NCBI GenBank assembly: GCA_002811645.1
Contig: PDIP01000033.1
Location: forward strand, 182,556-246,555
Reading direction: 5' to 3'
DNA from: Corallochytrium limacisporum Hawaii
Taxonomy: Eukaryota; Protista; Pluriformea
Length of the DNA: 64,000 bases
The translations under genes and the position numbers were made by a program. Shown here piece after piece: positions 24,658 to 34,130 of this stretch. The notes beneath the pieces were generated by a model. It made no database searches. It saw only the letters and a program-made list of their open reading frames with translations, and was not told where the DNA came from. The number at the start of each line of letters is the position of its first letter. Position 1 is the first letter of the stretch.

Positions 24658-25710
24658 CTATGCAAACTCATCCTTAAGCGGACGCTCCATGAGGAACTTC
24701 ATGCCCTTGCTCGGGTCCATCTCCCCTCTGATGAACATGTCGATGGCAAAGAACAGAGGACAGTCCAGTCCGCGTTCCTTGCACATCTTGGCCGCCACAG
24801 CGGCAGTGGGCACACCCTCGACGACCTCCCCCATGGACTGGAGGATGTCGTCCAGCTTTTCACCAGCACCCAGACGGCGTCCCACCGTCTGATTACGAGA
24901 TAAACTACCGAAACAAGTCAGCATCAAATCACCAAAACCTGATAGACCGCTCAAAGTCTCTGGGCGGCCCCCGAGGGCATCTGCAATGTCGCGCATTTCC
25001 TTACAGCCGCGGGTTACAAACGCGGCCATGGTGTTGTAGCCAAAGCCAGTACCTTGGATGATACCCGCACCAATGGCCAGAGGATTCTTTAAAGCTCCAC
25101 CGATTTCAACTCCCTTGACGTCGGTGCTTGTGTAGATGCGGAATGTGTTCAGGGTCAGCCACTGTTGAACCTGCTTTGCATCCTCAAGGTTCTCTGCCGC
25201 GCAGACCGCAGTGGTGGGATAATTCTTCATCATTTCTTTGGCAAACGATGGACCACTGATATATGCGGTGCGGAAGTCGGGCCCCAGAGCACTGTGGATC
25301 ACTTCGTGCATAAACTGTTCGGTCTTCACATAGATACCCTTGGCAGTGGAGAGCAGGATAGCATCCTTTGGGAACTTGGCCTTCTTGGACATGAGGTAGT
25401 CATAGGACAACTGCGTGGGAATGCAGTGAATCAGCAACTTGGCGTCCTTCAGTGCCTCATCATCATCCGTGGTGGCCGTGACTCCCTCTGGAATATCGAA
25501 TTCCTGTAAATGCTTGGGGTTGCGGCGAATGCCATTAATGAGCTCGCACTGGCGCTTGTCACGGCATAAAAGCATAACCTGGTGATGGTTGCGCGCGGCA
25601 ATTGTGGCCATGGCAGTACCAAAGGCACCTGCACCAAGAACACATACTTTGATGTTTTCACGGTGCTCGGGAGGAAGATAGTGTCCGTGGTGATTTCGTT
25701 CTCCCGCCAT
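24658..25710 (-). CDS. gpsA: NAD(P)H-dependent glycerol-3-phosphate dehydrogenase, GpsA-type
   Basis: GAGAFGTAMA, SGPSFA, GVEIGGALKN, LSGFGDLMLTC...SRN, VEGV. Probable start MAGERN at 25710; the upstream ORF extension is low-complexity promoter DNA. Confidence 0.93.
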   Translation of the reverse strand: MAGERNHHGHYLPPEHRENIKVCVLGAGAFGTAMATIAARNHHQVMLLCRDKRQCELINGIRRNPKHLQEFDIPEGVTATTDDDEALKDAKLLIHCIPTQLSYDYLMSKKAKFPKDAILLSTAKGIYVKTEQFMHEVIHSALGPDFRTAYISGPSFAKEMMKNYPTTAVCAAENLEDAKQVQQWLTLNTFRIYTSTDVKGVEIGGALKNPLAIGAGIIQGTGFGYNTMAAFVTRGCKEMRDIADALGGRPETLSGLSGFGDLMLTCFGSLSRNQTVGRRLGAGEKLDDILQSMGEVVEGVPTAAVAAKMCKERGLDCPLFFAIDMFIRGEMDPSKGMKFLMERPLKDEFA

Positions 25711-28012
25711 GGTTGCTACAGTGTGGTATTGGCTGTTCCAAACTTCGAACCTCAGTTCTCGCTCAGCCTCCAGACTATGATGAATTGACTCACACCGACG
25801 CGGTCGATCTACTGGATTAAACTGGGCTCCCAAAGTAGCTGACACGATCAGCTGCGCAATGGACACCTGCCCATGCTCCGCATCCCACAAAGCACACTTC
25901 AATGCAATGCACTGGCGTACGTACAGCGGTGTCCACCAAGCAAGCCCAGGAGGAGGGGGGCCCGGGGGGAGCTCACGTCCACACACACTCCCCCCCCCCG
26001 CGTGTCGTGTTCGGCACGAACGGTTCGGTATACACACACACGCACTCCCCCCCCCCCCTTCCCCTTCTCTCCTTTTTTATCATTCCTTGTTTTCTTCTCT
26101 TTTTTTTTCTTTTTTTTGAGTGACCTTGGGAGCGGGACGAGGAGTAACCGTCCCAACCAAAAAAGAATAAGTATATTTACTATTGTTATTAAGCGTATTG
26201 AAAACCCGCCGGTGGCCAAATGATCTCTCGTCCGTGGGCTTTTCTTCCCCTCCCCCCCCCTCTCCTCCGGGCCGGGCCGGTGCGTGGAGCGCGCTCCAAA
26301 GAGACCCGTGTTTTCCTTTCCCGCTACTAACTCAAACTATAACCCGGAGCCGGGGCGTGTACTACACACACTGAAAAAAAAAATAATGGCTACGCTACGG
26401 TGGTACCACCAAACACACTCACACCCCCCCTGGCCCGGACTTTTTAAGGCCCCCCCCCTCCCCCGGGGGGCTTTGGGGCAAGCCGTCGTTTTGTTCCATG
26501 GCTGTGAAGAGAAGAGAAGCGAAGAAGCGAGAGGGATTAGTTAGTTTATCACACTTGAGATTCATGGGAAACAGACGACGATGCGAAGCGTTAAAATTAC
26601 AGCACACGCAGCTCACGCCGCGCACGAATTCGGTCTGACGAGTGAGTGGTGAGCTCGGAAGTGTGCATGACGCGGGTGGGGTGGCAACCCTTGAGTTGTG
26701 AGGTTTTCGGGTGCGCATACATAAGTCACTTTCAAAATACGCAGAGTGTACGTACATAGTAGTCGAATGGCTGCGCGATGGAGACGAGTCACAATGAAAT
26801 ATGCGATGAATTCTTCGTTGTCCACTGAGGGGACGGGACGGGACGAGACAACGATGGCAGTGTCCCTTTATGGTCGCGACAAGATCGCTGCTTTGGTTCA
26901 AGTTTCATTCTTGCGCAATTGGCTTTCAGCGTGAAAACCCCCTATTTCGTCTGGCCCACGGGAGATGCTTCTTGGGCCAAACGCGTGAGCACCAACCCGT
27001 TCCTGCGTGTGTGCGTGCGAGAGCGATAATGGACCACACCGGTGGATACGGACCATCCCTCCCCCCCCCCTTCGTTTGCTTCATTTGCACACACACACAT
27101 ACACGCTGCCATTTGGTTTCTTTCCTTTGTATTTCCGTCATTTTTATCGCTACGAAACTTGCCCCCATCCCCAACCCCCGATATTACCTCCCGGGGGGAG
27201 GGGGGGAGAGTCGAACCGGGAGCATTTGTTTTTTCTTTATTTTTCTTGTAAGCTACACACGGCAGTGAAAGCAAAAATATCAGCACCCCCCCCCACCCAA
27301 ACCAACCCCGTCCGTACTGCAGCCATCGTTTTCCCGTCCGGACGACTCGCAGCCTGCCCCCACCCCTCCCCCTCCCTTTCGATTTTTGCCTTAAATTTTC
27401 GCTAAGGGCCCCCCTTGGGGGGGGGGGGGAGAGGTGCCCAAGGTTTTTAAACACCACCCTCCTGCGCAGCTGGTGTTTTCCCGCTGTGGCAGTTCGAGGG
27501 GGGGGGAGGGACGAGTTCGCAGGTGTGAAAGATCTCGCAGCGCGTTCGTTTCGCCGAAAAATTTCTTCTCTTTTCTTTTTTTTCGGCAGGATCACACCGG
27601 GGCTGAAATCCCGCTTGGCCCGCCTTTGTCCCTCCGGGAAAAAGAGCAAGGGACCGTAGGCAGCTGAGCATAGTGAAAGTACCACGAAGAAGCGGGGCCG
27701 TCGCGTCGAGCTGGGTGTTTTGTTTATTTCGCCCGGCCTTGTACCGGTGATAAAGATGGGAGAAAATAGACTCCCGTTATTTGATTTTAAAGGAAAGCAA
27801 ATCACCCGCAGAGGTGAGACCCGCCGGGGGAGTTGACTGAGACCCGCCTAACGGAAACAGACGGGCGGATCAGGGACTGTGAGTTGGTAGATGAGGCACA
27901 GATGGTAGTGTGATCCGGACAAATGATGAATATTTGTGTATATTTTATAGCTTAATCATATCTACATTGAACAATACGGCAGAAAAACTTGGGATCAATA
28001 CGCGTTTGCAGC

Positions 28013-28751
28013 ATGGTGACAGCAAGGACACAGAGGCAATCAGGAGCGATCAAGAACTGGGAAATCACACTGATCGTAAACAACAGACTAAAAAATCACC
28101 GTTTGATTGAGCTTTTGGGAACTCGTAAGTTTAAATTGCGATGTAGGTAAGACATTGAAAGTCACAGGATGCCATAGCACAGATTTACTAACATACGATT
28201 CAGACTCCGAGACGACGCCATCGAGTACGATTATTGTGCCCCAGGTCGGCCTCTGCTTTGTGTTGGTCAGTGGAATGGCAAATGGGGATGCTGCATGGGT
28301 GTCCCGTGTCAAGGACATTCTGCAAACGGCGAGTAAGCTGTTCCGTACCTGTGTCGCTCTTCTGTTTGGAGTGTCTGCTTTGCGAGGTACCGCCAGTGTG
28401 CAAATGCAACTGCTGTGCGCTGAATACAGGATTAGCGCTGTTCCAGCGTGTCAGATTCTTGATGCCTGCAGTGCCATTGATACATATGCCAAAGCGTTCC
28501 TGAGGGAGCATCGGAAAGCTACCAAGGACCTGTCCCTGACCTTGGAACCGGAGGTAAATGTCAAAGCCATCACAAGCATCTTGAAAGTGATTCCTAGCGT
28601 TAACAATTTGGAAGCCGTCATGCTGCAGAGACATTTCGGTTCCTTGAGGGAGATCGCCAAGGCCAGTCGCAAAGACCTCAGGGACGCAGTGCAAAGTAGT
28701 GCTATAGCTCATGATATTGATCACTTCTTTAAAGCCGATATACTATTGTAG
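28013..28751 (+). CDS. FAAP24: Fanconi anemia core complex-associated protein 24-like, join(28013..28142,28204..28751)
   Basis: C-terminal (HhH)2 IPSV...AVMLQRHFGSLREIAKAS...AHDIDHFF and a pseudo-ERCC4 N-part. The ATG exon joins in frame through a TACTAAC intron. Confidence 0.75.
28143..28203 (+). other. Spliceosomal intron (GTAGGT...TACTAAC...CAG); alternative in-frame donor GTAAGT at 28125
   Basis: TACTAAC at 28186-28192, CAG at 28201-28203. Both donors restore the reading frame. Confidence 0.8.
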
Positions 28752-28756
28752 AAATT

Positions 28757-29851
28757 TCAGGGAAAGATGTAAATATACAGAAGTGCGGAAATGATGGCCA
28801 ATGCGATCGCCATGGCGATCTCCAACTTGGTGACCATGGGCTTACGCGGGTCCACAGTCTTGTCGCCACCCGATGACGACTCGGATTCTGCCCTCCCACC
28901 GCTGTAGCCGTCAATCATCTTGCTGTAGGCATCGCGCTGCTTCTGGACTTCCGCCTTGCGGGCTTCCTTGCATCGCGCGAGGCCCACCTTCGCACTACCG
29001 TTATTTGGATCCTCGCCGAGACATGAAGTATAATACCAGACTGCCTCTTCATACTCCTTTGTAGATTCGTGAGACAAAGCCATGCGGTATAGAGCCTTCA
29101 CATTCTTCTCATCCAATTCCAGGACCTCCTTCAGGGTTGTCCGGGCCTTCTTTGGCTCCTTGAGCTTAATTTCAGCAAAGGCACGGTTATTCAAGCACAC
29201 TGCCCGCGTTGCACGAATCTGTTGCAGCTGGACCGCATCCTTGACACCATCCTCGACCAAAAAGCTGACAGCTTTGTTGTAAATATTGAAGGCTCCTTGA
29301 ATGTCGCCGGTGTGCAAGACTTCGTTCCCTCGCTCCTTTCGTCCTTCTGCGCTGTTGACCCGCTGCTCAGCTGTCATGACCTCTGGTGGCGGACGCATGT
29401 CGCCCACTTCCTTAACCGTCACATATATCGCAATGTCTTGGTTTGGGCCGATATTTGAACCATTTCCGAACTCAGCAAATGCAAATCGTGCCCTAGATTT
29501 GATAATGCAACTGTCGCCCTTGTGCAGCATCCGGACCACGAGGTCGAAGGCCGAGCACACGTCATCATCGCCGAGAACTGTGTCAATATCCTTAGGAGTC
29601 TCTTGAGCAAATGTCTCAACAGAGAGGTCCTTGGAAAACTCCATAGGTAGCAGCACATACCGAACAGTCACATGCTGACCAGGACTCAAATCCTGAGAAT
29701 GCCTCTGCGACGGCTCGATAACCTTGTACAAGAGGTCTCCACTACCCAAGAGATCTTCATAGCCCTTGTTTGTTTCGTCAGCAACGTCCACCCAGCTGTC
29801 GCTGCGCTTTGGCGACAGTGTCTCTGTCCTATTTTCTTCCGACTCGCTCAT
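28757..29851 (-). CDS. FKBP8: FKBP8/FKBP38-like immunophilin (FKBP domain, TPR repeats, C-terminal TM anchor)
   Basis: DLLGSGDLLYKVI, RFAFAEFG..IGPN, KERGN, NVKALYR, terminal hydrophobic AMAIALAIISALLYIYIF. Confidence 0.85.
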   Translation of the reverse strand: MSESEENRTETLSPKRSDSWVDVADETNKGYEDLLGSGDLLYKVIEPSQRHSQDLSPGQHVTVRYVLLPMEFSKDLSVETFAQETPKDIDTVLGDDDVCSAFDLVVRMLHKGDSCIIKSRARFAFAEFGNGSNIGPNQDIAIYVTVKEVGDMRPPPEVMTAEQRVNSAEGRKERGNEVLHTGDIQGAFNIYNKAVSFLVEDGVKDAVQLQQIRATRAVCLNNRAFAEIKLKEPKKARTTLKEVLELDEKNVKALYRMALSHESTKEYEEAVWYYTSCLGEDPNNGSAKVGLARCKEARKAEVQKQRDAYSKMIDGYSGGRAESESSSGGDKTVDPRKPMVTKLEIAMAIALAIISALLYIYIFP

Positions 29852-30359
29852 TGTCGTTTCCACCTGGTTCAAACTCCGGTGTGGGTCCACAATCTCAACC
29901 TCAATCATAACGCTACAGTCGAAGCATGCTAAATAGGTGGAAACAAGGTGCACACGGATTGTGAAATGGTTCTCGAATTCAACACCAGCCGGCCCGATCC
30001 TGCCCCCCGGGGGGCCATGGCGCCCCAGGCACAGTTGTTCTTCCCCTATGGGGCGATTCCACCTCATTTTCTTTGCCCCCGGGGTTGCGCCCCGACGGCG
30101 GTAGTAACACGGGAAAGGGGTTAGTGTTTTTTTTTTCTTTCTTTATTTCCCCTTTTTCTTTGTGTCTGGAGGGCGAGTAGCAACACCAACTGCTACGAGT
30201 CAGGAGAGAAAACGGGTGTGGGCCTGGCCGGTGACCAAAAGCCGGGATCATCGTCGCACGATGGTGTGACTAAAGCACTATGTTCGATGGGTTTCATTGA
30301 TCTCCTTAGGAATCGGACTGGATAGTTTAATAGAGGGACAAAAAGACAGGAATTCTAAT

Positions 30360-31223
30360 TTACATCTTGTAGCTGGCATCGATGCGGTCCAGTTTACGCA
30401 GCTCAGCTTGCCATACCAGAGGGGCGACCATAGGCAGACCCTTCGCACCTTGGCCAGCAGCATTGGTAACGGACGCGTCAGATGGGATATTGAGTAATTC
30501 AGAACCACCAGCAAGAGCACCGACCTGGATCTCACACGCCTTTAGCAAGAATGAAGTAGCCAAGAACGCTTCCGGAATGGTGGAACCAACCGTCAGAGAA
30601 CCGTGATTGCGCAAGAGCATGGCCTTCTTATCACCCAGGTCCGAAATGATGCGCTGGCGCTCCTCCAGATTGTCAGCGATACCCTCAAAGTCATGGTAAG
30701 CGACCTGGTCACGGACAACAAGGGCAGTCTGACTCAGAGGCATGAGACCGTCCTTCATGGCACTGACAGCGACCGAAGGGGCGTAGTGAGTATGGATAAC
30801 AGCTTGCGCATCTTCCCGTGCCATGTGAATGGCAGAATGGATGGTAAATCCAGCACCATTGACCAATTTCTTCTTGTCATGCTCGGAAACAATGTTTCCT
30901 TCAATGTCAATTTTCACGAGAGACGAGGCTGTGGTCTCATCAAAACCGGTGCCGTAGTTGTTGATCAAGAAATGATGTTCGGGCCCCGGCACACGGGCAG
31001 TGAGATGAGTGAAGATGGAGTCATCCCAGCCATAGAGCGCAACCAGGCGGTACGCAGCAGCCAGGTCGACACGGAGGGCCCATTCCTCAGGAGTGACGTG
31101 TTCCGGACGGTAAGTCAGGGGATCAACAGGGCCACTGCTGCAACTTGCATTGCGGCACACCTCTTCGGAAGACACGTAGCCGACAGTCAAGGCAATCACA
31201 CCAAGGATAGTAGAAAGCTTCAT
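30360..31223 (-). CDS. Class II aldolase/adducin-family protein with N-terminal signal peptide
   Basis: RVDLAAAYRLVA.YGWDD.IFTHLTARVPG, TASSLVK, GFTIHSAIH, HTH and LRNHG metal-binding His. N-terminus MKLSTILGVIALTVGYVSS. Confidence 0.9.
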   Translation of the reverse strand: MKLSTILGVIALTVGYVSSEEVCRNASCSSGPVDPLTYRPEHVTPEEWALRVDLAAAYRLVALYGWDDSIFTHLTARVPGPEHHFLINNYGTGFDETTASSLVKIDIEGNIVSEHDKKKLVNGAGFTIHSAIHMAREDAQAVIHTHYAPSVAVSAMKDGLMPLSQTALVVRDQVAYHDFEGIADNLEERQRIISDLGDKKAMLLRNHGSLTVGSTIPEAFLATSFLLKACEIQVGALAGGSELLNIPSDASVTNAAGQGAKGLPMVAPLVWQAELRKLDRIDASYKM

Positions 31224-34130
31224 GTTTGTAGTGTGTTGTCTGGTTCAGGATAAGAGTCGTGTCGAACTGTTTAGGCCGGTTGTTCGTTTCTTCTTTAAGC
31301 AGACAGTTTCACCTACCCCGCCAGTACTGACACAGATCCTTTGCTTTTTATACCTGAGGTCAAGATCTTCCTTGTATCACCATGCGAAGGTTGGCCAGAT
31401 GTTCGAAGGTTCAGGCATGCCTCTACTTGGGCCGACGGCAAGCTGTCAAAGGAAACCAAGGCCCCAATACATTCATGATGAGCCTCAGTGTCCACTGCAG
31501 CTCCATGTCATCCGCATCGGGCGCACCACCCCCCCCCATTCTCCCCTTACCACACACACACACACTGTGCACAAAATAGAAAAGGGGATGCTCCGCACCC
31601 GCCTCGCCCAAGTTCGCGCAGACACACCTACCGCTGTCAACAAACTGATAGGACCGTGGTGGTGAAGCCCTTCCCGGCCCGCCGACAAAGCCTTGGGGAG
31701 GAGGGGGGGAATATTTAAGGGGTAAGCCGCCTGGCTGGCCCAGTCAACTTTTATTATCCTTCTTTGGCTTGTATCCGTCATTCGGACAATTCACTATCTC
31801 TCGCTCGCTCCGGGCCGATTGGTATGTGCGGGTGAGTGGAGTGTGCATCAGCACAAGGATTTGTAATTCTCTTCGTAGCGAGGCGCATTTCATTCATATC
31901 ACAAGACAGAACTGGAATCCGGCGACATCACCCGAGCTGCCGGCCACAGCAAAGGGAGAAAGGGGTGCAGAGATCACGCACGGGTTAGAAGCTCGTCAAG
32001 GATTAGCACGGGAACCCGAGCAGCGTTGGGGGTGTAGCAGAGAGAGAGAGAGCTTGCTGCCCATTCAACCGGAGCTCTTGGAAAGAAAGAAAATAAAAAT
32101 CCGCAACGCCCTGGCGTAGAGTTTTCGTAAGAGGCCGCCCGTAGGGCTTTTAAATCCCCGGCCGGCAGATAGGACGATACCAACCGGCCCCCCCCCCGGG
32201 GGGAGGGGGATTCAGCAGAGAAAAGGGGGGGGGCACCCGTACCGAATCTGGGCGGGCTGTACGGTGAAAATCTTCCTGTTTGCTTCGCTCGCCTGCCTTG
32301 AAACCCAATGAAAAAGAAAATCAGAAAACAAAACCTTTGCTTTCTGGAGGCCCTCGTGAGATTATCTAGCCAGTGTGGCTGCTACTACCGAACCCCCCCC
32401 TCTCTCCCCTCGGGGGAGTTGTCCACCACGAAATTCCCGCTTGCATCACGAACACGCCCAAAAGTATCGCAAATCGTTCCAAACCGAGGCTTCATTCATC
32501 AATTCAAGGGAATGTAAATTGTACCCCATTATGAGGTCAAAGAGGGGAGGGGAGGAGGGGGGGGGGGGAACAACATCGCTGGCTTTTTAATGAATTCTTT
32601 CTAGCGGACCGCAGCAGGAACTGAGGGCCAGGACATAGGCAACAGAAACTTGCGATGGCAATTTGTACGTGGTATCAAAATGAGAACATTCCTGCGCACT
32701 GGCCGTTCCCGTCCCGCACGATTGCGCTTCTGTCAGATACGATCGCCAGCTCGCTGCGTTCTTGAAGACATCTAAAAGGCCAAGGCTTTTTGCCGGAAAT
32801 TCTGAAAGAAAGGCGATGATTTGTTGTGACCCTGTAAGTCGGTGTGCGTGAACACAGCTTGACGTACTTCTCAATGCAGGCATAAACGGCCAGCTGTGCA
32901 GTGTGTAAAGAACAGTGTGGAACACGAAGAAACTGAGATCCCAGCAAGATTTCTTCACTTGTTTGTGCCATTTCTGCATTTCTTGTGCCATTTTCAACGG
33001 CATGTTTCTTCTCTGACGATATTGTGCTCGTGTTTATGGATCAGTCGATAGTTGGCCTGAGATCAACAGGGTCCATATCGACCGGAATCCAGGAAGGCAT
33101 TTAGGGGCCGAATGGAACCTGTTTATACGGAAATGGAGAGATTCCAAGGGGATCAAACACAGTACATGTTGAACTCTACGCAGTTTCGCAGATGAACATT
33201 AACGGTACACCACAAGGCATTGCTAATTATAGACGCAGCAGAGACGAAAGTCACTTTGCATCTCTGACCCTGTTGTGATCTTCCAGTGTTTGCCACGTCC
33301 AAAAGCACGTTGGATTGTGATCTCTTGTCATGCATGCACCATGGCGATGAGGATAAACCTCCAAGATTGTTTGTTAGCGCGACTATACCCAAAATCTCAC
33401 GCACTATTCAGTCTCTCCTTCGGTACGAATCTCATTGTCCAATGGAATGGGCACGTCTGGAGGTCTCCACCGTACCAAACCAGAGCGGATAAAAGGTGAA
33501 TCCGAACGGGATTTGCACTACATAGAGAATTAGTAATAAGCAGAGGGGCTGATAAACTGGTGCCCCTCATCTGTAAGGTGAGCCGTTGAGCAGTTTTGGG
33601 GCAGACACCCCCCCCCGGGGGGCCTTTTTGTTCACCTGCACCCTCCACTGGGCCAGCCAGCCCGTCAGGCCATAAATCGGCAGACCTGCTTCCACGCCTT
33701 GCGACAAGGATCGAGGAAAGGAAAGGGGGGGGGGGATGGAATCGTCAGCTCCGGTACATTCACTACTGGCAAGCAACCCCCCCTTGGTCCAGAGCCAGCA
33801 CATTTCATTTGGTGTCGCATTTTTGGCACATTAATGATAATTTAGGGTGTCAGTTATATTCACTGCTCGACGGGAGGTGTTCGGAGCACAGGCCGGCGCG
33901 AAAGGTTTGAGTGGGGGTGCAGACCGCTGTGAGACCGTGCCTGAGGCGTCGGATCACAGGTGGTTGGGGGAAGTGTCACTGGGTAGCTATAGACGTGCTG
34001 GTACTTTTGAACATGCACAAGCTTCGCGGAAGTTTAGAGTACCTGACAATTTTGAGCTGATTTCTCAATGGCAAGTCCTTGCGAGTGAGAGTAGATATGC
34101 CGGGAGAGCAAGGACTGTGATCGGGACGTG

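Noticed and set aside
25711-26037. N-terminal extension of the G3PDH ORF (similarly 29852-30067 for FKBP8)
   Set aside because: Runs through G/C-run promoter DNA from non-ATG starts; homology begins downstream.
26942-27805. 287-aa ORF (also 41479-42225 and 61597-62349)
   Set aside because: Translations of homopolymer/microsatellite or otherwise non-coding-looking DNA with no domain.
30603-31253. Long antisense ORFs over aldolase, GOLPH3, FAHD1, MKRN2OS and XRN1
   Set aside because: Shadow ORFs caused by codon bias of the real gene on the opposite strand.
32587-33500. 138-aa ORF and nearby intron-like GCTAAC signal on the minus strand
   Set aside because: I could not assemble a consistent spliced reading frame or recognise a family.
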